A DNA stretch of 64,000 bases from the human T2T-CHM13v2.0 reference genome, Homo sapiens. Below, one piece after another: positions 39,230-57,391 of the stretch. How positions within the stretch are numbered: the first letter of the stretch is position 1; each line of letters starts with the position of its first letter. The notes beneath the pieces are model-generated. The model saw only the letters and a list, made by a program, of their open reading frames with translations, had not been told where the DNA came from and did not search any database. The position numbers and the translations under genes are program-made. Location of the stretch: the NCBI RefSeq assembly GCF_009914755.1, contig NC_060925.1. One strand, written 5' to 3'.

Positions 39230-39770
39230 AAACTGCTGCAACCTTCTGGTCCTCCTGCTTCCACCTCTTGCCTCTCCTACCAGTTCCCCACACTGCTCCC
39301 AGTTTTCTTCCTTGGACATAAATAGGATCATATCACTCACTTGTTTAAAGTCTTCAGTGCTTTTTTCTTCACTGCCTAAGGAAGACTCTTCATGTTCTAT
39401 CTTTTTCAGCCTCATTTCCCTCTACTCTCCTGTTGGGTTCTATGCTCTGGCCACCCTGTTCCCCAGGTTACTACACTTGTTCTCACACCATGCTTTCATC
39501 TGTGGAGTTAGTACCTTCTGTGGGCTCTCAAAGCACCTGATTTTTCCCTTACCTTTTGTTGCCTTACCTCACCATGTATTCTGGCCTTTTTTCTTACCTA
39601 TATCACAACTAGGCTGCAAGCTACTTGAAGGCAGGGACAATAATACTTCTGTCTCTCTCTCTTTTTTTTTTTTTTCTGTTTGGACAGATCTTGCCACAAA
39701 ACATGTACTCAGTAAAGACTGGTTGAATTAATGAAGGAAGGAATGAAGGAAGACATAAATAAATGAATCA
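39230..39770 (+). mobile_element. L2 3' fragment
   Basis: ctaggctgcaagctacttgaaggcaggga...tactcagtaaagactggttgaattaatgaa tail. Confidence 0.6.
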
Positions 39771-42269
39771 GTGCTAGTTCCTCTTCCTGTTGGCTCATCT
39801 GCTATATCCCATTCATCCTTCCAGGCACCCAGCTCAGACATCAGGCATTCAGAATCCTTCCTGCTGCCGCATACTGCACCTTTCCCTGAACTTCCCACAG
39901 CACTTGGCATGTGGCTCCATAGAGCCCCTGGGGCATTGTACTTATTTGCCTACCTGGTTTTTCTGTCTCATTCATCTTTGTATGCCCCAGACCATGGCTG
40001 GCCATGTACCTGGTGTCATATCTTATGAGGAATGCCTAAGGCCACGGAGAGTCTATAGCCCAGAGAAAAGGAAACACGATTCTTTAATTAGAAAGGAAAA
40101 AAGATGGTCCTTCAGCCTGGTGGTGCAGTGCCGGCTCGCATCTGTGAGAGATAGCAATGGACAGACTTGACAGGCTCTCCAACTCTGAGATTTTGTGGTT
40201 CCCGGCTCTGGAATTTAATTTGCTGTGTTATTTCACTGATAGTCTTGTTTCCAGGCTAAATAGCCCCAGAGAAAGGTAGGGAGGAAGTGTGGCCCCCTTT
40301 GCTGCAGGTGGATTGTGGCAGAGGATAAGGAAGATGGTCACCCTCTGAGGCAGCAGAGAGGTCAAGGGTGAATTTTCTAATCTCTCCATACTTTATGGAG
40401 GGAAGGTATTCCTGACCATGGCATCCCATTGGGACTAGGAGAGGTACTCCTCACACCCTGTCCCAGAAGGCTCTTGGCCCTGGCTCTCTCCAAAGCCAAT
40501 CTGATTCAGGGAGCCGTGGCTGCTGTACCACAAGACCTTTTTCCCATTGCATTTGGAGTATAGAGATTCAGCTTTCTGCCAATGCCACAATTACTTCTGG
40601 TTCAGGGAAGGTCTGAATTCTTGCAGAGATCTAGAAGGAGGTCATCAGTGTGGGCAGAAAATGGTCATAGGAAAGACTGAATGTCCCTACAGCCTTCAGC
40701 TGCATGGCCATTTTGCCCTGGGACATGGATAAAGAGAGGAGTAGGAGACCAGAGAGGAGCTATCTGAAGAACAACTATGCCAGCATTCTGCAGGCAAGAC
40801 AACAGCTTTCCAGGAAATCTGTGGTCACCATAGCAAGATCCTGACCTGGCATCAGCTTTCAGGATGTTGGTGCAGGTTCAGAGGATGCTGTACCTTGTCC
40901 CTGAATACCTGGTTTCCTAGAAAGTACATGCAGAAGATGGCTCTGTCTGCATAGAACCTGCTTGGGTGTGCTCAGGTATCTACAGGTTGAAACTCTGAAA
41001 GCGGGTCAAGAACCAGGCTGGCCAACAGGAGGCATTTCTAGGATTGTTTTCTAAGAACAGGCATGATAAAATAACCACATTCAAGTTTTCTGTTTCATTC
41101 CCCTTATCAAGGGGACAAAGTTTGTAAGTGCTGCTCTGACCTTTACAACCATTGAAGAAGACACTTGACACAGTTTTGATGTCACTCTGAAATGCTCCCC
41201 TTGCTTGATTCTCCCTACCTGTTTTTCTAACACCCTATCCCTCCCACTGCACTTTCTCCTCAATCTCACTACCAGAATTTCAGAAAGCAATTCAATGCAC
41301 AGTAAACCAGTAACAGCCTTAAGCTTTGTCTCTGAGTGACTTTGGTGCCCTACTGGTCCATACAACTTGTGGCAGTAACTTGCTTCTAGCCTGTTGAGCT
41401 CAGCAGCAGACCATGATTCACTCGGACAAGGACTGGCCCAACCCACAGTAGACACTGGGCTGGAGCTGGCATTTGTGAAGGCAGAGAATGCCACCCTCCC
41501 GTCACTTCAAGGATGCAGCTATTCTAGGGATAAACCCAGATCTGATGGGCTGTGTTTTGGAAAGCAGTTGATAACAGTGTTGTCATAGAAAACACCTACC
41601 TGGGGAGTTCCTTGGACCTTTAAAACAACATCTGTTTATTTAGCACAGTGCCTGTCACACAGGAGCCATTCAATAAACATTTCGTGGATATCTGTTGAAT
41701 TGTTCTATCGACAAGAATTTAATGAACACCCAGAATTAGTTCTAGGTATCCAGGGAGAAATAAAAAGGAAGAGTGGCAAGTCCTGTCTTCAATGATTCTA
41801 CAATTCAATGGTGAAAAGACTTACACATTGGAAGAGTAAAATCCCACCATGTGGCAGTCTATGATCAGGCATACCTGTGTACTGCAGTCCTGCCAGACTT
41901 GAGGGCTTAGAAAAGCTCTGCTTTGCTCAGCTTTTCACACTGACTAGGGTCCTACCCAACGTGCCTGTGGACCATCTGTGAGAACCTATGTAGGAGTGAT
42001 GACTTTGCCTTGTGAAAGGAGATGGCCACACATCTATCCCTCTAAATGTTAAAGTTCTCCTTGCTCTAATTTGGTTAAAAGCATTTCGTAAGTATTGAAG
42101 TTGGTGTCACATAGAAGGATTATAGAGGACACGTTAGTAATGCTCGTCATGTAATGCTCATAACTTTGGCAATGAACATGATGATGGTAATGGGATTGGA
42201 ATCGCTGTGATGAGGGTTTTTGCTGCTTTGCTAATGAAGAAATCAGTAAGGAATGAAGCTTCCAAAGGT

Positions 42270-42270
42270 C

Positions 42271-42303
<33 letters not shown>
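42270..42303. repeat. (CA)n microsatellite
   Basis: Directly visible, with one interruption. Confidence 0.95.
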
Positions 42304-44330
<2,027 letters not shown>

Positions 44331-46119
44331 GTCCATCTTTCCTATGTACAGGTGAGGTCCTTGTGGAGACAGGCCTTCTACAAGAGCTTTCTTCTCATGT
44401 TTTTCCACACCTTGCTTCCCTTCACCAGACTTCTGCAACAGAAATGGAGGAACTGGAGGTTATCTTGGCCAGTAAATTCTCTGGCCCAGTTGGAGTCTAC
44501 CAATATGCCCTGTTGCCCTTCTGTTTATAGACTCCATGTGGTGAGGGACACAGCCTCTCTGGTTTTCCGGTCCAACTCCTGCAGCCGGCACAGCACAGGC
44601 ATACTGTAGGTCTTCAATAACTATATGCTGAATTAATTAATACGTAATCTAGTCTTCAGAGAGTCCCACTTCTACCAAACCAGCAGAATGTCTCTTGCCT
44701 AATTCCACAGATCTAAAAACATGGGGTGCAGATGTCCTCTCCTGAATCCCTTCCCCTGTCTTCTACCTCCTTCCCAGTCCATAAGGAATTCTAGTCTAAT
44801 CCCCCTTCCAGAGCAAATCTCTGCTAAAGGTGGAATTTCCTTTGAGGTCACAAGGAAAAATTTCAATATCAGCTGAAAATAAGCCCCCAATGTCCTTTGT
44901 GCTTTCAATTTTTGGCCTTTTGGACTTGTTGATCATTTTTAGGCACAGAAATCTATTATTTCATCTCTTTCCAAGTTGGTAATTTTCAGGTGAATTGGTT
45001 GTATGTTTCAGGGAATGGGGGAAACCTGGGCAGAGATCATTTTAAAGTAGTCTTTGGCACTTCCATGATTTTCAAATGTCTTTGATTTCTCAGCTGATAG
45101 AATTGAAGTCTTCTCCCCAAGTATCATTAGGCTTTACCCCAGCTCCCAACATGTCAAGTGGCTGTGGGAAGGAGCTGAGGCATGAGGGCAGGCGCAGACA
45201 TCCTGCCTAGTGGACACAGGCTGGAGCATGCCTGTCCCAGGGATCCCTGCAGCCCACAGCCCGCTGTGCCTGTCACCCAACCTCACCTAACCACATTCTT
45301 TCTGCATCGCAGTCGCCTGCAAGACAATACCTTCACTGCTGGCCTCTTGCTTCTCTGACCCACAAAGAATGTCTGGCTCGATAAACATTCACCCAGTGAT
45401 TATAGGATTAACTGCAACCTGTAGCAAAGGGAAGCTTTTAAACAAAGGTTTTGCTTTGTTGCTTTGGAAGGGAAAATTAAAAATATAAAGCCAACAAGCA
45501 TATTATGTGTTAATGGGTACTTTAGGTTTTGAGTTCCAGAATTCAGTTATCAGTGAGAATTTCCTCTTGCAAAGAGGTAATCGAGTTCAGGCTGTTGTGC
45601 TCCTATCTCTCCTTCTCTCCACAGGCTCCACTTTTAATTGCAGTTTCCATGACAGTGAGATTGTTGCAAGAAAGCGAGAAAGATTGTGCGTGTACTAGGA
45701 AAATGTTTATGAAAATTCACATGTTTCTTTTTTTCTTTTTTCTTTGCTAGAAAGAAAGAAGGAAAGGTGGAATGCTAGAAAGAAAGAAGAGAAGTGATTT
45801 TATGTTCTTGAGTATTTATTATGTGCCAGGCACGAAGCTAGGTGTTTAACATATATATGGCGTTAAATGTGTGTGTGTGTATAAAACTTTTTTTATTGTG
45901 AACTATATAACTTACCTACCAAAGAGTACACAAAACAAAAAATGTCCAGCTCAGTGATTTATCACAAAGCAAACACCCAGGTAAAATCAAGAACTAGACA
46001 TTGCCGGAATCCCAGAAGTGGCCCTTTTGATGCCTTTCAATTATTACCTCCTCCTTTCCCTTCAAAGGAAAAAACTACCCTGACTTTTGTGGAAATCACT
46101 TGTTTGCTTTTCATTGTAG

Positions 46120-46470
<351 letters not shown>

Positions 46471-46492
46471 TAATTGGTTTAATATCCAGTAG

Positions 46493-46813
<321 letters not shown>

Positions 46814-47577
46814 AGTTTGTTTTTATTCCAGAATGTCTTGGTTGTGTTTATCCCTTTGCATTTCCATAAAAACTTTAGAATCAGCTTGTCAATTTCCACA
46901 AAAGAAAAACTGTTATTTTCTTTCTTTCTTTTTTTTGGTTGTGGCAGGGAGATTGCATTGAATCTGTAGATCAGTTTTGGGGAAAATGATGTTTTCACAT
47001 TTTTTTATTCTAATTTCCATCATGATTTCTTTGAAGTTTCAAGCATATGAGGATTTTTTAGTTATCTCTTTGTCACTTTTTCCCCGGAGAAATACTTGGA
47101 ATTACTTCAATATTTTGCAATTTATTGAGACTTACATTATGACCTACCATATAGTAAATTTCTGTGAATTTTCCTTGTGTGCTTGGAAAAAAATTGTACC
47201 CTGCAATTATAGTGTGCATGTCTTGTAAGTATTCTTTAGGTCAAGTGTATTTGATTGTGTTGTTCAAATCTATATGATTAATAATGTTTGTCTGCTAGTT
47301 ATACCATTTGCTGTGAGAAGTATGTTAAAAGTCTACCATTTGTGATAGTGAATTTGTTTTTCTGTTTTCTTTTGTATATTTTGAGGCTATGTTAGCAGTA
47401 TGTAGAAAATTAGAATTATATTTTCCTGGTGAATTCAACTTTATCATAATGAAGTAGGTCTTTCTTATCCCCAACAGTGCCTTTTTATGGTACATGTTTA
47501 AGGTTTATACCATGCTGTTTTGATATACATATACATAGTGAAATGATTACTTATAGTTAAGCAAATTAATCTATCAC

Positions 47578-47802
47578 TGTATATGTATATACATATATGT
47601 GTATATATACATATATGTATACATATATACATATACATGCACACACATATATTACACACACATATATGTATGTTTATATACAGATGAAGTTTGATATATA
47701 CAGATGAATACTGATTACACATGTATATGCATATACATGTGTGTATATGTACACATACATATACACACATATATGTATGTTTATATACAGATGAATTTTG
47801 AT
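47578..47802. repeat. (TA/CA) alternating purine-pyrimidine tract with an internal ~35-bp duplication
   Basis: acacacatatatgtatgtttatatacagatgaa occurs at ~47656 and ~47763; tatatacagatgaa occurs a third time at ~47695. Confidence 0.9.
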
Positions 47803-48178
47803 TATTTCACTTTTCCCATTTATTAACTTGGAAGTTACCTGTTTTTACTAATTTTACTAATTACTAGTTTTTACTAATTCTTTTAGATGTTAATTCATTG
47901 ATTTCCTCTCCCAATCATTGTTATTGTGAATTTTGATTCTCTGTACATTTTAAACTCCCCATACTTTGTACTACCGTTTTGTATGGTTGATATTTATTTA
48001 GACTCAACCACATATTTATTCTTGACTTGCTTTTCATTCTTCCCTTGATCTCCAACTTGCTAACTGAAATACTTTTTTGTTTTGTCTGAAGAACTTTTTA
48101 ATGTTTTCTTCAGTTATGAGTCTGCTGGTGACAATTTCCTTGGTTTTTGTTTTAATGCAGTTTTTCTTACAAATTCTT

Positions 48179-48460
48179 GGCTGGGTCCTGTGGCTTACGC
48201 CTGTAATCCTACACTTTGGGAGGCTGAGGCAGGAGGATTGCTTGAGCCCAGGAGTTTGAGACCAGCCTGAGCAATATAGTGTGACCCCATCCAATACAAA
48301 AATACAAAAATTAGCCAGGTGTGTTGGTGTGCACCTATAGTCTCAGACACTTGGGAGGCTGAGGTGACCCAGGAGTCAGAGGTTGCAGTGAGCCGAGATT
48401 GTGCCACTGCCTTCCAGCCTGGGCAACAGAGAGACACCCTGTCTGAAAACAAAATGAAAT
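48179..48460 (+). mobile_element. AluJ
   Basis: ggaggattgcttgagcccaggagtttgagacc; deletion in the right arm. Confidence 0.9.
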
Positions 48461-49028
48461 CAAATAACTTAAAAAAATCTTCATTCTTGATAGATTTTTA
48501 AATTCTTATCATAACATTTTAGATGGGCAGCTATTTTATTTCAGCCTTTTAAAGATGTAATTTCACTGCCTCTTGGCTTCCACTGTTGAGAAGTCAGCTC
48601 TAAAGTCTTACTGTTGCTCTTTTGAGAGTAATCTGTCCCTTTTTCTCTAGTTGTATTTGAGTTTGAAAATTTCTCAGCCACTACTTCTTCAGATATTGCT
48701 TCCATTATTTCCTCCTTTTATTTGCCTGATACTCTAACTACACATATACTAGATCTTCCCACTATATCTTCTACACCTCTTACCATCTCTTGTAGACTTT
48801 CCATCCTTTTCCTCTTCATGCTTTATTCTATGATTGTCTTCTGACCTATCTTCCACTTCACAAATTTTCTCTTCAGTTGGGTCTCAACAATTGCTAAAGT
48901 TATTCATTGAGTTCTTAATTTTGACTACTATATTTTTTAATTCTAGAACTTCTTTTTGTTTCTTTTATATAGTTTCTAGTTTGCTAAGTCCTTAATCATT
49001 TATTTTCTTGAAAAAATAACAGCACATG

Positions 49029-49495
49029 TTATATACTTCTGTTCACCTCTATGGATATATCTTCACTCTCTCCACTCTGCTGCCTCTCCAGGAACCTGAT
49101 CTGCATGGACTGTATCAATTAACTTTCTTGTCCTCTGGCTTCTAGCTGTGTTTGGCTAAAGTAAAGTACCAGTAGGACCACAGGGAAGGAGGAGAGTGAG
49201 ATTCGGTACTGATTTACCTGATCTCTTCCTGTGGGGTCACTGTGGGCTGGCCACATTCCCTGACCATAGACTCTCTGTCTCTAGATTCTGATAGTTCCTC
49301 CCTCCCTGTAACTCTTCAAGCCTACAGGTGGTAAAGCCTCCTCATTGTTCATAGCCCCAGAGTATTGGACCCCATCTCTCCCCATCACAACCCATACTTT
49401 TGAAAATTATTCCTTTATTAAGGAATAATATTATCCCTCATATTATCATAGTTTGATGGTTCCATCTGTGTCTGGTTGGAAATCTGACTGACACA
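49029..49495 (+). mobile_element. LTR33-like ERVL solo LTR
   Basis: ccactctgctgcctctccaggaacctgatctgcatggactg...ccctctggcttctagctgtgtttggc-type start and ccatctgtgtctggttggaaatctgactgacaca end; possible 5-bp TSD ACATG (49024-49028 and 49496-49500). Confidence 0.7.
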
Positions 49496-49639
49496 ACATG
49501 TTTATATTATAAAATGTTTTTGGTTATTTAAATAATCAGACTCTATGTGGATCTGTAAGACTTCATGTGGATCTATTTCTACTGTCCTTGTTTCTGCTAT
49601 TTTATTAGTCATATTTTCCTGTTTCATGTGGCTATTTTT

Positions 49640-49947
<308 letters not shown>

Positions 49948-50889
49948 TAAACTGAAGTGTCTAGGAAGCCTTATGTAGTTCAAGTTCATTCTTCTTCAGT
50001 ATCTCAACTTGAAATGGGGAGATTTACCAGCAACTCTCCTCATCTTGGCAGGCCCTAGAATATAATCCATTCCCTTAATTTAGCCTCTTACCCTTTCTCC
50101 AACCCCTCATGAATTGCCAAATGCTCCCAGGATAGAGCAGCCTTATCTTCCAATTTACCTTTTTAAGCCTCCAAATTGGTTCAGTAATTATATTCTCTCT
50201 CTTGTTGGTTCTCATTTTTTTTAAAAAAAAAAAAGTTTCTGGTTATCTTCAACAGGAAAATTGCTCTGAATTAATTTTCCTTCTTCAAACTTGGCTAGTC
50301 TAACTAATTTATCTAGGGTGATGCATCTAGAATAGCTCAGATAAGCCTAGCCATAAATCCTGTACTCTTTTGTTTAACACTAAACCATCTTTAGCCTCAA
50401 CTGAAAAAACTGATTGTTTAAAATTGAACCCGAATTTTGCACTGCTAGCTACAAAAGTCAAAATAATTTAATATGCAAATGTGAGTCTCTTAAGGATGTT
50501 CTCCATATCTCATTTGCTTTTATATCCTTAGCACTTAGCATAGTATGTATTCAGACAGTATTTGTAAGTAAAAGAAAGAATAAGTAAAAGGATGAAATAC
50601 ATAAAATTCAAATGAAGATAGTTTCTATATGGATTATATTTCTCAACCTAAATTAATCCTCATCTAGTATATCAGGTGTCTTCCTTGTTCAATTTTCCTT
50701 TTCAAGATAAAATTTTTAAATGGTATAAGTGGAACACATCTATAAATTCCAGGCTTCCATTCTCTGCTCCCCTATCCCAAATATTACAAGAGATTATCAA
50801 GATCAAGACTAGCCTAGTTTCTTTCTAGGAGTCCCTAGGACTGGGGAAGACTATCGGATGGTGGTCCAGTGCCAAATACTAGAAGGACC

Positions 50890-51570
50890 TATTCCTGTCA
50901 ATCCAGCTTCAACATGCCTCAAACTGGACTCAGCATCATCTCCTTTTCCCTTACTAATTTATTCTCCTTCTCTGTGTTTACTACCGTATCTGGTGTCACT
51001 GCATCATCCTCCCAGTTGCCTGTACCAGAATCCTAGGGGTTATCTCTTATTGCATCCTATCCAAATCACCAAGCTTGGTGAGTCAGTGTCTACATATTTC
51101 TCACATTTGCCCCACCCCGAATATCTCTACTGTGACTGCTCTAATGTGAGTTCTCATCACTATTCACCTGGAGGTCAGCATTGGCCTTTTAACTGGTCTC
51201 ACCTTTATCCTCTCTGGACCATCCCCACAGAGAGATCAAACACTGACACAACATTGCCTAAAGCCCTTTGGTGCTTTCCTACTGTCCACAGACAGTCTAA
51301 GCTCCTTGCCACAGTTGGTAAACTCTCCATAATCTGGCCCTTACCTATCTCTCAAACCTCCTTTTCCACTGTTCACCTTTGTGAGGTCCGTGGTCTAAAA
51401 CTGCCAAACATATTACGTACACTTCCAAGTATTCCTGCTGTTCCTTCTGCATGAATTTCTCTTCCCTTACTTCTCCCCCTATTTAAAACTTTACTTATTC
51501 TTCAAGAATCACCTTCTGCCTCTTGAGTCTAGTCCAAGTGGCCCTTCCACATGCTCCTATGGCAAAGTGT
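50890..51570 (+). mobile_element. L2 fragment
   Basis: ccagttgcctgtaccagaatcctagggg, gctgttccttctgcatgaat, ttacttattcttcaag. Confidence 0.65.
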
Positions 51571-51588
51571 CATCAAAACACATAATTA

Positions 51589-51888
<300 letters not shown>

Positions 51889-52869
51889 TCAGTTTTTTAT
51901 GACTGTCACCCTCACCTATCTGTAAGAAACTTGAAGCACTCCAGCTTAATGGTGGCATTTAATAGGCCCTTAGTAACAGTTTGAAAAACTAAATTGAATA
52001 ATAATCATTAAGATTAATCAAAATTAGAATTTATATTGTCTAGGTGTCTTAGTCATTTCGATGGGTGGGGTTTATTTTGTTGTTCCTTGAGTGTATTTTT
52101 CTCTTAATTTTAAATAATATCTATAACTATGAATATTATATTTTAAAGATCCATTATATTTTCTAGCTTATAAATGGGTGATTATCATATTATTTTCAAA
52201 GCTTTTTTTTTTTTTAAACACAGCAAGATAGGCACGTTGATACTGAGCTCTCGTTTGCTCATTTTGGGACCCTCACATATTTTGACATTTTTTTCATCTT
52301 CTCCATCAAAAGAGACTCAGTGTTCTGTAGGATGGTGCTCCATTTGTTAATATATTATCGTTATTAATATGTTACCTTCCTTCCTAGTGGGATTGGAACG
52401 TACATTGTTTTATGCCTTTATTCATTCCTCATCCTAACCAATTCCTTATATTTATGTCATGGAACCATCTCCCTGGTACCTCAGAGTAAAACTCTTCTCT
52501 CAGCAGAAATGATAAGTTCCCTAGTTGGTTATTTCAGTTGCTGGAGCAGTAGCTAGTGAGGGTCTCTGCCCCCTGCGATTAATCCAGACGATCGCTATCA
52601 ACTTTCTCACCTTTGCTCTAAAAACCCCAGCTTCCCTTAGCTTTATAACAATAATGGTGATGCCTATTGCCAGTGATTTGAAGAAGCGACCCAGGGAAGA
52701 AGGGAGTGAATGCTTTTTACAAATGACTGGTTCTCCATTTGGTTTTATTGCTTATTCTCTTACAACTTATAACCCCCAAAAGGCAAAAGAAAAGTTCATT
52801 AGTTCAGTGTCTGACAGCTCAGAAACGAGTAACCCAACACATTTGTGTCCCCTCCATTGATTTAACCCT

Positions 52870-54057
<1,188 letters not shown>

Positions 54058-55399
54058 CCCCTAATGACCTGAGCTCAAACCAGAAGTATTATTTAATCCC
54101 TTTTCTGTAAAAAAGTAGAAATTTAGGTTCTTGATGTGCTCTTTATGGCAGACAGAAATGACAAGTCAGAGTGTTTTAAACTCTTTGTTTCCAGGCTACT
54201 GGGTGAATATAACACAGGAGATATTTATTCAGGGCCTCTGGGAAGCTAGAGAAAGAAAGAATAATTAAAGTGGTCCAGAAGGAAGAGAAGCATGTGACAG
54301 GCTATGCCTGGTACCTCCAGACCAGAGGGTAAGGGATGACCATTCCTTTCTTGTACATGTGTATCACATTCCTGATTTTCCAAAAACGGTATTCACCACC
54401 CCCAGAGAAGAACGCGAAAGTCCTGCTTTTCAGAGTGCATGATTCTTTCCACAGAGAAAGAAGATTCCCCCCTCCCTTCCTCTCCTCTCCTTGCTACTTA
54501 CTATATTTCTAGCGCTCGTGCCTCCATGATTAGAAGACAGGTGGATGACTGTCCATGGTGCTGCCCTCTGCTTACTGCACCAGACCATGTTTTGTTCCTT
54601 CACAGGAACCCACATCCACAGGCTCTGTGACTTACAAAGACAAAGGCATCCTAGATGCCTACATGATCTAGAATGTGTCACTAGGTCTTGTACATTTGTT
54701 GCAGATGGGATATAAAGAACGTCTAAAAGGGAAGACCACCCTTTGTTCTTTTCTTTACTCCAGTACCTTACCTTTCCTCCTCTATCTCTTTCCTTCACCC
54801 CATGCCCTCTCCCTACAGGCCTCTTTTATTGCTGTGCCAGATCGTAAGTGGAGGTAGAAAGTGGATGGCAGTGGCAGGGTCCTGAGGGTCCAGAGGATAG
54901 GACTATGCTTCACAGTTATCCAGGTGGCAGCTGTGGTGAGGGCTGACAGAGATGCTCCATCTGAAGCCAGACCTGCATACCAATCCAGCCTCTGATGTTT
55001 GATTGCTGTGTGAGTGAAGCAGTCACTGAGTCACATTTTTTCTCATCTGTAGACAGACAACTCAGGCAGAGCAATGTGATGAGGATTAAGTGGGGTGCTG
55101 TATTAGAATCTTGTAAACTACAAAACATTCGGCTAATGAAGGGTTACTTCCTTCTATGGGGGCCCCAAAAAGAGATTAAAAAGTGGTAAAAGGATGAGTC
55201 CAAGGAACTACTGAAGGCTGCAGCAATGATGGGACCGATGAGGAGGGAGAAGTCCCCAGAGGCAGAGGAAATCTGGACCAGAGTCCTAGCCAGCTGGGTC
55301 TCATGGAGCTAACCTAGCAGAGAGAGAAAGAGGCTCACCTGGAGTTGGGCGGATGCCCAAAAGAAGGCGGCAGGCAAGGCTCAGAGCTGAAAGGGAGGA

Positions 55400-56299
<900 letters not shown>

Positions 56300-56965
56300 A
56301 TTTTTTTTTTTTTTTAATAACAAAGAGAAGCATCAGATCAGAAGAACCTAATGTGAGGCAGACTCCAAAGCCAAGGGATCAAAGAACAGGGTGAGCAAAA
56401 CAAGAGAGGGTAGGGGGACAAGTCAGAAAGGGGTCTGTGCGAGCACCAGAAACATGCACATACCCTCTTCCCTGTGGAGTGGCTCATGGGTGGGCCAGGC
56501 ACTTTTAAAGAGCTGGGAACAGAGCAATCTTCTGCAGCCTGTTCTCATGTGAGGACCAGAAAAGTTTCCGCGTGGGTCTCCCTGTGCTCGTGTTCCCATC
56601 TCGTCATTGTAATTGATAGCATTAGTGCATGGTATCAACCAGCATTTGCCAATGTTTGTTCTGTGGGACCTTAGTTCTGCAGGGTTAATAGATACAACTT
56701 GGAATGAAGATTCAGTTAAATTCACTTCAGTTTAACACACTTAGTGAATACCCACAAACAGAGCTATGAAGTGTGTATTCGACCATGAACAATAGGTGAA
56801 GTCTCTGTTTTCATGGAGCTTGTAGACCAGATGTTCAGTAAGTTTGGAAAATGTTACGCCACAGTGATATCGGTTTCTTTACTGCAAACATTTCAGGGTC
56901 TTATTATGCTAATAATCATTGTGACTTTATAAGAGTGGGGTAGAGTATATAGCGTTCCCCCATGA

Positions 56966-57391
<426 letters not shown>

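Noticed and set aside
50858-51454. 198-aa ORF
   Set aside because: Lies within an L2 remnant with no coding signature.
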